This document shows, piece by piece, positions 1 through 8,040 of a DNA stretch of 64,000 bases. This DNA comes from Xanthobacteraceae bacterium. GTDB lineage: Bacteria > Pseudomonadota > Alphaproteobacteria > Rhizobiales > Xanthobacteraceae. The notes beneath the pieces were generated by a model, which was not told where the DNA came from, searched no databases, and saw nothing but the letters and a program-made list of their open reading frames with translations. Each line of letters starts with the position of its first letter. Positions within the stretch are counted from its first letter, which is position 1. The translations under genes and the position numbers were made by a program. The DNA lies in the NCBI GenBank assembly GCA_050725855.1, contig JBOHIU010000214.1:32838-96837 (forward strand). Reading direction: 5' to 3'.

Positions 1-442
1 TCAACACGTTCATCGCGGCGACGGCAAGCAGAAAGAAAGCCGAAATCAGCGTGCCCGCGATATTGCCGAAATTCTCGATCGAACCGAATCGGCCCTTGAT
101 CGCGACGGCGGTTGCCGCCACCGCGGCCGATAATCCGAATACGATGGTCGAATGGCCGAGCGAGAAGAAAAAACCGACGCCAACTGGACGCTTGCCCTGC
201 TGCATGAGTTTTCGCGTTACGTTGTCAATTGCGGCGATATGGTCCGCATCAACGGCGTGGCGAAGGCCGAAGCTGTAGGCGAGGAAAGCGGTGCCGAGCA
301 GGAGGGGATAACGGTGGAAGGCAACAACGGCTACGAGCCAGAGAACGACGTTTGCGATGCTGAGGAAGGCGTAGATGCCAATCACCTTGTCGCGCACGCT
401 TCCATGGTCATCGCTGAAGACCCGACTGATTGGCCCCCACAT
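1..442 (-). CDS. NiCoT-family (HoxN/HupN/NixA) nickel/cobalt permease, N-terminal 147 codons; C-terminus lies beyond the window start
   Basis: Open at the window edge, so absent from the ORF track. My minus-strand translation from ATG 442..440 gives MWGPISRVFSDDHGSVRDKVIGIYAFLSIANVVLWLVAVVAFHRYPLLLGTAFLAYSFGLRHAVDADHIAAIDNVTRKLMQQGKRPVGVGFFFSLGHSTIV..., with the NiCoT TM2 signature RHAVDADHI and FFSLGHS. Confidence 0.85.
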   Translation of the reverse strand, partial: MWGPISRVFSDDHGSVRDKVIGIYAFLSIANVVLWLVAVVAFHRYPLLLGTAFLAYSFGLRHAVDADHIAAIDNVTRKLMQQGKRPVGVGFFFSLGHSTIVFGLSAAVAATAVAIKGRFGSIENFGNIAGTLISAFFLLAVAAMNVL

Positions 443-497
443 CGTCGTCTCGTTCCCGTTCAGAGCATCTTGACGGGCAGACTGTAGCGCGGCCCGA

Positions 498-525
498 GTA
501 TGCAGTAAATGCATTTTCATCATAC
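498..525. promoter_or_regulatory. NikR-type operator candidate (6-16-6 inverted repeat) upstream of the NiCoT permease
   Basis: Plus strand GTATGC-N16-TCATAC, which is GTATGA-N16-GCATAC on the coding strand. 55 nt separate it from the ATG at 442. The E. coli NikR operator is GTATGA-N16-TCATAC. Confidence 0.5.
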
Positions 526-668
526 TAGCGGCGCTACTCCAGACCCGCTTCACCACCAACCCGAACGGTAAGGAAGCAGACAGCTTGCGCAAGCGACGTA
601 TGAGGCCGTCGGCGGTGCTCGTTTGGTTCAGTCAAGCACGCGGGCGTCAGTGTTGCGGCAGAAGCCGA

Positions 669-1724
669 TCAAGTGGACTTGGTTTGCGCTGCAAACGCGA
701 TCGCATCTCCTTCGACCATCAATTCAACTTCAGCTCCGATGCGTGGTGTGGCGTGGCCGGCGACGCGGGCGATGACTTCGCGCGAACTTTTCTCGTCAGG
801 CAACGAAAGCGCAACTCCTGCGTCGTGACCATAAAACGTGACGCTCTGAACGCGCCCGCGCGGGCCAGTTCCTGATTGGGATCCGAATTTGATCTGCTCC
901 GGCCGTATCATGACTTCCACCGGGCCCTCGGGCGCGCCCGCCGCGAGCTTGATCCGCCCCAGCGCGCAAGCCGCGTAGCCATTCGCGGAAATGCCGGGCA
1001 GCAGCACTGCTTCGCCGACAAAGAGCGCCAAATCCGCGCTTAGCGGTCTGCGATAGAGCGTAACCGGATCCGATACCTGCTTGAGCCGCCCACCTTGGAG
1101 TACCGCCACTTCGTCGCCCATCGATAAAGCTTCGGACTGGTCGTGAGTGACCAGCAGAGTGGTCGCACCCGCGGCGGCAAGCGCTTTTGCGACCGTGACG
1201 CGGGTCTCGCTGCGTGAAGCCGCGTCGAGAGACGAAAACGGTTCGTCGAGCAGGATAAGCTTGGGCGACGGAGCAAGCGCACGGGCGAGGGCCACGCGCT
1301 GCTGTTCGCCGCCCGAAAGCGATTGCGGCGGTCGCGTTGCGAATGCCGGCGACAGTCCGACGAGTTCGAGCAGTTCAAAGACGCGATCCCGCTTGCGGCG
1401 GAGACGCCGCGGCAGCCCAAATGCGATATTGTCGGCGACCGAAAGGTGCGGAAACAAGGCGCCCTCTTGCGCAACGTAACCCACCTGCCGTTGCTCCGGC
1501 GACAGATGCGTCCGGGCATCCGAGGCAATCCGCCCGCTGATTTCAATGATGCCTCCATCCGGGCGTTCGAAGCCGCAGATCAGGCGCAGCAGCGTGGTCT
1601 TGCCGCTGCCCGACGCCCCCAGAACCGCCAAAAGCCTGCCAGACTGCACAGCCAAGTCGATCCCGCGAAGCACGGGTTCGCCGCCAAATCCTTTCACCAA
1701 CTTCTCGATGCGCAGATGTACCAT
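669..1724 (-). CDS. Fe3+/polyamine-type ABC importer ATP-binding protein (FbpC-like)
   Basis: 351 aa. Walker A GASGSGKTT, signature LSGGEQQRVALARAL, Walker B LILLDEPFSSLD, C-terminal TOBE-like extension. Last gene of the SBP-permease-ATPase operon. Confidence 0.9.
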   Translation of the reverse strand: MVHLRIEKLVKGFGGEPVLRGIDLAVQSGRLLAVLGASGSGKTTLLRLICGFERPDGGIIEISGRIASDARTHLSPEQRQVGYVAQEGALFPHLSVADNIAFGLPRRLRRKRDRVFELLELVGLSPAFATRPPQSLSGGEQQRVALARALAPSPKLILLDEPFSSLDAASRSETRVTVAKALAAAGATTLLVTHDQSEALSMGDEVAVLQGGRLKQVSDPVTLYRRPLSADLALFVGEAVLLPGISANGYAACALGRIKLAAGAPEGPVEVMIRPEQIKFGSQSGTGPRGRVQSVTFYGHDAGVALSLPDEKSSREVIARVAGHATPRIGAEVELMVEGDAIAFAAQTKST

Positions 1725-1748
1725 TGGATCGGCCGATTGCCCGCTTCC

Positions 1749-3341
1749 TTATTGGAGAGATCGCACGGCAGCAAACCGGCGCGCAAGCAGCCAGGTGGAC
1801 AGGAACGACAGCACCATCATCAGCGCGGCATAGGGTGCTGCCGCAGCAAACGCGAGCGTGGACGTGTCGGCCCAAACCTGTGTGGCCAGTGTCTGTGTCC
1901 CGATAGGCGCGAGCAGCAAGGTTGCGGTGAGTTCGGTGACAATCGAGGCAAACACCAGCGCCGCCGCAGCGCCAAGCCCGGGTCCAGCCAGTGGCAGCAG
2001 CACACGCCAAGCAATTGCGGCCCAGCCGAGGCCAAGCGATCGGCCCGCTTCCTCGAGACCGCGTTGACACTGCGACAAGGCTGCACGGACGCTGACCAGC
2101 GCCAATGGCAAAAAGACAATGGCGTAGGCAACGATCAGGAGCAGCGCCGTCTGATACAGCGGATAGAGACTACGGATCGTCAGCGAGATAAGCGCCAACG
2201 CGACGACGATGCCGGGCACGCCCTGCGCCAGATAAGCGGCGCGCTCGATGAACGTAATAAGCCAGCCCTGATACCGCACCGCCACGAAGCCGAGCGGCAG
2301 CGCCAAAGCGACTGTGAACGCCGCGCCGGCCGCGGCAAGCCACAGCGAAGAGATCGTGGCATCCAAAAGCAGTGAAATGGAAACCTCGGCCGGCGAAATC
2401 GCCGCCGCGCCGTGTTGCGTCAACCAATAGGTGATCATCCCCAGGGGGACGCCCAGGGTCACCGCGACAAGCGAGGCGCAGACAGCTAGTACCGGCCATC
2501 GATACCACCCCAGCGCATAGCGTGGCGCGCGGCGGCGTGCGCCACGGCCGAAGCGAGCATATTGGGCGGCGCTGCTGACTTTCACTTCGGCGATCAGACA
2601 AATCAGACAGAGGAGCAAAAGCACGACGGCGAGCAGCGATGCGCCCGGACCGTTAAAACCCGTTCTATATTCCGCATAGAGTTCCGTGGTGAAGGTACGA
2701 AACCGAAGAAGGCTGAAGGCGCCGAATTCGGTCAGCACGTTGAGCGCGACCAATAGCATGCCGCCCAACAGGGCAGGCCGCAGCTGCGGGAGTACGATCC
2801 TACGAAAGCAACCCCAGGGGTTCTCGCCTAACGACCGGCCGGTTTCTTCCAATGCGGGGTCCAGTCCGCGCAACGCCGCGGCCACGGGCAGATAGATGAG
2901 GGGGTAGTAGGAAGACGTTACCACAAGCCAAGCGCCGCAGAAGTCTTGCAGCGCGGGACTGAGTGACACCCAAGCGTAACTGCTCACGAAGGGCGGCACC
3001 GCCAGAGGAACCGCCGCCAATACGGCCCAGATGTGACCCCCAGGCAAGTCCGTGCGCTCGACCAGCCAAGCCACCGTAGTGCCGACGATGGCGGCGGCCA
3101 CAGACGCGGCCAGCACGAGACCGACGGTGTTCATCAGCAGCTCACCGACGATCGGGCGCAGAAGAAGCTCAATGGCTCCGACCCAGCCGACTTGCGCGGC
3201 CTGCACGACCGTATAGGCCAGAGGCGTCAATACGAACAGCGGGCCGACGACTGCCGCCGCGAGGAGTGGACCCGGCGGCAATCGACGCTTCCAAAGACCT
3301 GGACGACGAGCGGCAGACTCTACAATAGCCACAGCCATCAA
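1749..3341 (-). CDS. iron(III) ABC importer permease, duplicated-domain FbpB type
   Basis: 530 aa, highly hydrophobic, two tandem permease halves. Overlaps the SBP gene by 4 nt. Confidence 0.88.
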   Translation of the reverse strand: MMAVAIVESAARRPGLWKRRLPPGPLLAAAVVGPLFVLTPLAYTVVQAAQVGWVGAIELLLRPIVGELLMNTVGLVLAASVAAAIVGTTVAWLVERTDLPGGHIWAVLAAVPLAVPPFVSSYAWVSLSPALQDFCGAWLVVTSSYYPLIYLPVAAALRGLDPALEETGRSLGENPWGCFRRIVLPQLRPALLGGMLLVALNVLTEFGAFSLLRFRTFTTELYAEYRTGFNGPGASLLAVVLLLLCLICLIAEVKVSSAAQYARFGRGARRRAPRYALGWYRWPVLAVCASLVAVTLGVPLGMITYWLTQHGAAAISPAEVSISLLLDATISSLWLAAAGAAFTVALALPLGFVAVRYQGWLITFIERAAYLAQGVPGIVVALALISLTIRSLYPLYQTALLLIVAYAIVFLPLALVSVRAALSQCQRGLEEAGRSLGLGWAAIAWRVLLPLAGPGLGAAAALVFASIVTELTATLLLAPIGTQTLATQVWADTSTLAFAAAAPYAALMMVLSFLSTWLLARRFAAVRSLQ

Positions 3342-4417
3342 ATGAGGCCCGCCTCCCGGAGCAGCTGCGCCGCCAATTGATCATCGCCGAGTTGGGCCAT
3401 GCTAACACTCGGCGGCTGCAATTGGGCGAAGGGACGCAACAGTGGATTTGGTGCAACGCCGCGCGCCAGGGGATATTCAAAATCGATATCGCCCTTGCCG
3501 ATCATCTGCTGAACCGGCTTACTGACCAGGAATGCGACGAAACGCTGCGCTTCCTTGGGGTGCTTGGACGACGCCAGCACCGCAGCTCCCGAAACATTGA
3601 CCAGCGCTCCGACGTCGCCGTCGCCGAAATGGTGGATCTGGCTGTGAATTTTGGAGGCGCCTTCCTCGGTGCGTAGCCGCGCCCAGTAATAATTGTTGAT
3701 GATGCCGGTTGCGACCGCTCCGCGATCGACCGCAGCCACGACACCCTCATCGTCATCGAAAACCTGAGCATTGTTCTTCAGGCCCTTCAGCCATGCGAGC
3801 GCCGCCGGCTTGCCGTGCAGAGCGACGACCGCCTGGACAAGGGGCAGGAAATCCGCATCCGCCGGGGCGATCGCGACTTTGCCCTTCCAGGAAGGCTTGG
3901 CAAGATCGAGTAGCGACGCCGGCAGTTCATTCTCCTTTATCATCGCCGGATTGAAAACCAGCACGTTCTCACGGGCGAGAACGCCGACCCATTTGCCATC
4001 GGCCGCACTATATTTCGCCGGGACCTGCGCCAGCGTCGTCGAATCGATCTTCGCCAGCAGTCCCTTCTCATCGAGCAAGGTCAGTTCCGGCGAGTTCTCG
4101 GTGAAATAGACGTCCGCGGGCGAACGCTGCCCCTCCCGCATGATCTGATTGGCGATTTCCGGCGCTTCGCCGGAATGAACCAGGATTTTGATTCCGGTCT
4201 GTTTGGTGAATTGAGTGGTAATAAGGTTCACCATCTGGTGGTGTTGGGCGTTGTAAAGCGTGAGCGTCGCTGCGTCCGCGGCGCCGCCCGGCTGCACCAT
4301 TGCGATTGCCCCCAGGACAGCGAGACAGCATGCGACAATGGCGCCACGGCCGCTTGGACGCATTCCCAAGCAGGATCCCTTCTCCATTCTTGTTGCAGTC
4401 ATGGTCACTCCATTCAA
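3338..4417 (-). CDS. periplasmic Fe3+-binding protein of the ABC importer (FbpA/AfuA-like solute-binding protein)
   Basis: 359-aa ORF with a signal peptide (AIVACCLAVLGAIAMVQPGGAADA) followed by TLTLYNAQHH...VYFTENSPEL, typical of ferric SBPs. The true start is probably an internal Met: 4402 has GGAG 6 nt upstream, 4363 is the alternative. Confidence 0.85.
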   Translation of the reverse strand: MNGVTMTATRMEKGSCLGMRPSGRGAIVACCLAVLGAIAMVQPGGAADAATLTLYNAQHHQMVNLITTQFTKQTGIKILVHSGEAPEIANQIMREGQRSPADVYFTENSPELTLLDEKGLLAKIDSTTLAQVPAKYSAADGKWVGVLARENVLVFNPAMIKENELPASLLDLAKPSWKGKVAIAPADADFLPLVQAVVALHGKPAALAWLKGLKNNAQVFDDDEGVVAAVDRGAVATGIINNYYWARLRTEEGASKIHSQIHHFGDGDVGALVNVSGAAVLASSKHPKEAQRFVAFLVSKPVQQMIGKGDIDFEYPLARGVAPNPLLRPFAQLQPPSVSMAQLGDDQLAAQLLREAGLI

Positions 4418-4560
4418 CGACGGGCCGGCTGCTCATGGAGGTCAAATTCCGTGCGCAAGTCTCAAAATCCAACTCCGAGATTTGGTTCGGCACGCGACGT
4501 GTATGGGACCTTAAGCCCGCCGATGCGGCTTCGTCCAGCAATGTTCACCATCACAATACC

Positions 4561-4580
4561 GAATGGAATTATTCTAATTC
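4561..4580. promoter_or_regulatory. ICE-like (Irr-box-like) operator, copy 1, upstream of the fbpABC-type operon
   Basis: GAATGGAATTATTCTAATTC. On the coding strand it contains TTAGAA-TAA-TTCCAT, compared with ICE TTTAGAA-N3-TTCTAAA. Near-identical boxes lie at 6440 and 9380. Confidence 0.6.
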
Positions 4581-4682
4581 AGAACAAGAGAACGCCGGTC
4601 GAAAAGGGCTCCGGAGCAAAAAGTCGAAGCGTGCTTGCGGCAGGTGGCGCTGGACACATTTGATCCGCCCAAACACCGTCAA

Positions 4683-4842
4683 GTGTGGTGGTTCAGAAGT
4701 CCGCATCATTCCTAAGGCGGGGCTGTTATGCGGACTTCCGAACCGTAGCCACGCGAGATCAATAACTTGCTAGTGTCTCTTCGATTCTGAAGTTCGCAAA
4801 CGAGAGTGCCGCATCATGATGCGATCGGAAGCGGGACACTAG
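4683..4842 (+). repeat. double-hairpin intergenic element, copy 1 (subfamily 1, second hairpin partly decayed)
   Basis: GTGTGGTGGTTCAGAAGTCCGCAT..loop..ATGCGGACTTCCGAACCGTAGCCACGC / linker ATCAATAACTTG / CTAGTGTCTCTTCGATTCTGAAGTTCGCA..loop..TGCGATCGGAAGCGGGACACTAG. Lies 40 nt downstream of the porin stop. Confidence 0.9.
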
Positions 4843-4881
4843 ATCACGTGGCGGATGTCGAAATTATTTTGCTGGTGAAGC

Positions 4882-6282
4882 CTAAAAGGTCACGCTACTG
4901 CGCGCCCCTAGTACCAATGCATTGCGAATCGCAATGGTGGGATCGGCCGGATCGGGCACATTGCCGCCGGGGTGTACGATATATTGCACATCGGGCTGCA
5001 CGGTCCACCATGGCGCGATCTGAATCTGGTAGCTGGCCTCCAGAACCAACTCGTGATCCCGGACGGGATACCACATACCCAGTGCGGCCGCGGTGTCCAT
5101 ATCCAGCGCGGCGGCGTCATTGCTGATGTTGGAAAAGGCCGCGCCGATGGTCAGCACGTCGTTGTCGCGTTTCGGTAGCGGTGCCGTGAAGCCCAAGCCG
5201 CCGTCGATGTAGAACGAAAGTAGATTACGGTCTGCCGGCGCGCCCCCGGCGCGGAGAAACGCATTGATGCTGCTCGGACCGCTTGCCGCCCGCCACGTCG
5301 TCTGATCGATCACGCCGTAGATTCCCCAATCGCCGATGTGCTCTAGGGGTGCTACGATGGCCGAGGAAGCCAGCGACACGGGCAAACCGGCAGCATCGAG
5401 CCCATAATGCTCATCCGCGAAATCCGCCGAATGATACCACGCGCCCAACTTGTACGTGCCGGGCAGCCCTGTGGCGTTCTTGCTCTGAGTGACGTCATAT
5501 TGCAGCTCCGCAATCGAGAACACGCCGCCGCTGAAGCTGAACCGCGTGCCGTAGAGATCGCAGCTCTGGGGATCGCCCGTGCAATTCGAACCGGCGGGGT
5601 TTCCGCTAAACGCAGCGGCCCGCATGGTAACGTCGCTGGATGGCTTAAGCGCGATGCGGATGCCGGGCGTGGCCAGCGGGTAGGCCGGCCCGCCGCTGGG
5701 CAGATTGGCGGCCATCAGATCAGGCCAGCCGAAGGTCCCATCGATCAAACCGGTCGCGGTCTTGCTGATCGCGAATTCATCGTCGGCCGCAAGCTGGCCC
5801 ATCCGCACTGAAACCTTTCCATCGGGCGAAACCTGCTGAAACCAGGCGGTAAAGAGGCGGGTCGTCGGCAAGGCATCGATGTTGCTCGGCTCGCTGATGC
5901 TGCCGACGAAATCGGGTCCTATCCGTCCGCCGATATTATGGATCTGATACACCGTCGTATGAGCGGAAGCTCCCGTCCAACCCAGCAGCTTCTGCAGGTC
6001 GGCGTCGATGGTGAACTCAAAGCGGCCCTCGTAGTCTGCGCCACGATTGATGCCGCCCGTAACGTCGCCCAATATTTCGCTGATGTAGTTGAGCGTGAAA
6101 TCGATTCCCCGCTTCTTCAGCGCAGCGCGTTCGCCACCCCAATCGCCCGTCAACGTATCTTGCTGCCATATGGAATTCGTAGAAGCCGTATTCGTCTGCG
6201 CCTGGGCAATGGATCCCCACGCCGTCGCGAGTGAGGTTGCCAGCGCAGTGAGTGCGACGCGCGATCGGATCGGCAGCGACAT
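4882..6282 (-). CDS. OprB-family (carbohydrate-selective type) outer-membrane porin
   Basis: 466 aa. Signal peptide ending SIAQA. Family-typical LTGDWGGERAALKKRGIDF, IDALPTTRLF, VRMGQLAADDEFAIS. C-terminal F. Confidence 0.85.
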   Translation of the reverse strand: MSLPIRSRVALTALATSLATAWGSIAQAQTNTASTNSIWQQDTLTGDWGGERAALKKRGIDFTLNYISEILGDVTGGINRGADYEGRFEFTIDADLQKLLGWTGASAHTTVYQIHNIGGRIGPDFVGSISEPSNIDALPTTRLFTAWFQQVSPDGKVSVRMGQLAADDEFAISKTATGLIDGTFGWPDLMAANLPSGGPAYPLATPGIRIALKPSSDVTMRAAAFSGNPAGSNCTGDPQSCDLYGTRFSFSGGVFSIAELQYDVTQSKNATGLPGTYKLGAWYHSADFADEHYGLDAAGLPVSLASSAIVAPLEHIGDWGIYGVIDQTTWRAASGPSSINAFLRAGGAPADRNLLSFYIDGGLGFTAPLPKRDNDVLTIGAAFSNISNDAAALDMDTAAALGMWYPVRDHELVLEASYQIQIAPWWTVQPDVQYIVHPGGNVPDPADPTIAIRNALVLGARSSVTF

Positions 6283-6439
6283 CCCGACTTTCCATTTCGC
6301 AACAGGACGACGATCGTTCTTCTAAAAGTCCTTCGCGATTCTTTCTCCCGCAGCGTCCGCCGGCGATGACGAAGAATCGCAAATTGACCATAAGGCGACG
6401 AACACTGAGAAGTCCAGGAAAGACTGAGCGTCCGTTCAA

Positions 6440-6459
6440 AAATGGAATTATTCCAATTC
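6440..6459. promoter_or_regulatory. ICE-like operator, copy 2, upstream of the porin gene
   Basis: AAATGGAATTATTCCAATTC. GGAAT-T-ATTCC is a perfect 5-1-5 palindrome. About 160 nt upstream of the porin start. Confidence 0.6.
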
Positions 6460-6478
6460 ATATCTGCGTCGCAGCTGA

Positions 6479-6493
6479 TTTGAATCATTCGAA
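6479..6493. promoter_or_regulatory. second, weaker ICE-like inverted repeat in the porin upstream region
   Basis: TTTGAA-TCA-TTCGAA, with the same TnGAA-N3-TTCnA half-site geometry as the 20-nt boxes. Confidence 0.3.
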
Positions 6494-6672
6494 TCTTGGA
6501 CCGGATTATTTGTTGCAACCGCGACGTGGCAAAGCTGCGGGAAGATGATGTCACCTGACACCATAAGCTTTGACGGCGGCGAAGATGTCAAAGCTCTTCT
6601 GTAGATCGAAGATTTCGGGCTATTGAGCGGCTCAGAATCATCGGGGCGGCAGGCCACCGCTCTCGCGCTGTA

Positions 6673-8040
6673 CTACGCGGTCTCAAACAGGTCTTGACCG
6701 ATGAAGCGGCCCTGCGCCGCTCCGGGAGGACAGGCAAAGAGGCCGCTGCCGACATGCGTCACGAATTGGTTCATCATGTCGAGCTTGGAAAGCTTGTCGA
6801 ATATTTTGATAAACCCGGTCCGCGGATCGCGCTGATAGGTGATGAAAAGCAAGCCGGCATCGTATTCGAGACCCTGGCGCCACGGCGGCCAGCGCTCGGC
6901 GGTGAAGTCCACGCCGTCGTTATATGAGTACGGCCGCCGCAGCAATTGCGCGCCATTGTTGCTGGCCGGGGCGGCGAGCCGGATATGTGCATGTTCGGGA
7001 ATGATTGGGTTGCCGCTACTGTCTGTGGCGTCGAGGTCAACGGCATCGGATTCGCGCGTCTTACCCAGCGGCGCGCCGGAATATTTGCGTCGACCGATGG
7101 TCTGCTCCTGGAACGCCGTCTTCATTCGGTCCCAATGCTCCAGAGCAATTCGGATCCGCCTGACGGCAAGGTATGTGCCGCCGCGCATCCAAGCCGGTCC
7201 CTCGGCACCGGCCCAGATAGCTTCCTGCATTGCTCGTGGGTCGCTGACGGACGGATTGACCGTTCCATCCTTGAAGCCCATGAGATTGCGCGGGGTCTCG
7301 TCGTCGGCGTAATTGGCGATAAACCCCGCCCGTGCCCAGCGCATTTTGGCAACGTCGGCGCCCAACCGGGCGAGTTGGCGCACCGCGTGGAATGCAACCT
7401 GCTGATCGTCGGCACAGGCTTGAACCGAGAGATCGCCGCCGGTATGCGCTTCCACCAATTGATCACCGACGAACTGAGGCATATCGACCAACGCCGTCGG
7501 TCGGTGCCGGGCGAGACCGTAACGATCCTTGCCATCTTTGGTGAACAATCCGGCCCCGAAACCGAAGGTGATCGTCAGCCGCGATGGCGACAGGCCCAGC
7601 GCCTCGCCGGTGTCGGCGGCAACCCCGGACAGATTCGAAGCCTCATAGCCATCATATGCCCCAGGCTGATCGCCGCCCGCCGCCATGACGGGCTGGAGGT
7701 TTCCGTCCAAGGCTTGCGCCGTTTGGCCTTGCGCCATGCGCGCCGCGGCCGCCGTCCAAGCCTGCAGCAGGTTAGCGACCTCGCGTCGGTCGCCGGTCGT
7801 CAGATCGAATGTGAGAAAGTATGTATGCTTTTGCGCGGGCGTGATGATGCCGCCCTGGTGCTCACCCCAGAACGGCTCGATCTGCGTCGGGCCTTGACGG
7901 TCAGTCGGCGTCTGCGTCTCGGCCTGTGCCTTCGTGGTAGGGACGCCATCCAGACCGGCGCCGGCTGCGACCAGACCGGCCGTCTTTGCGAAGAAGCCAC
8001 GACGCGAAGTGCGCAACGTCTCATCGCCTTTACGGCTCAT
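6673..8040 (-). CDS. efeB: Tat-exported Dyp-type peroxidase / deferrochelatase (EfeB family)
   Basis: 455 aa. Twin-arginine signal TSRRGFFAKTAGLVAAGAG. Dyp motifs MGFKDGTVNP and EHAHIRLAAP. Start overlaps the upstream gene stop (ATGA). Confidence 0.88.
   Translation of the reverse strand: MSRKGDETLRTSRRGFFAKTAGLVAAGAGLDGVPTTKAQAETQTPTDRQGPTQIEPFWGEHQGGIITPAQKHTYFLTFDLTTGDRREVANLLQAWTAAAARMAQGQTAQALDGNLQPVMAAGGDQPGAYDGYEASNLSGVAADTGEALGLSPSRLTITFGFGAGLFTKDGKDRYGLARHRPTALVDMPQFVGDQLVEAHTGGDLSVQACADDQQVAFHAVRQLARLGADVAKMRWARAGFIANYADDETPRNLMGFKDGTVNPSVSDPRAMQEAIWAGAEGPAWMRGGTYLAVRRIRIALEHWDRMKTAFQEQTIGRRKYSGAPLGKTRESDAVDLDATDSSGNPIIPEHAHIRLAAPASNNGAQLLRRPYSYNDGVDFTAERWPPWRQGLEYDAGLLFITYQRDPRTGFIKIFDKLSKLDMMNQFVTHVGSGLFACPPGAAQGRFIGQDLFETA

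Noticed and set aside
443-668. Possible cobalamin or NiCo riboswitch in the 5' region of the NiCoT permease.
   Set aside because: I read the minus strand and found no B12-box-like core (GCCACTG context) and no conserved riboswitch helices. The only strong signal is the NikR-like inverted repeat. A covariance-model scan would still be needed to exclude a riboswitch formally.
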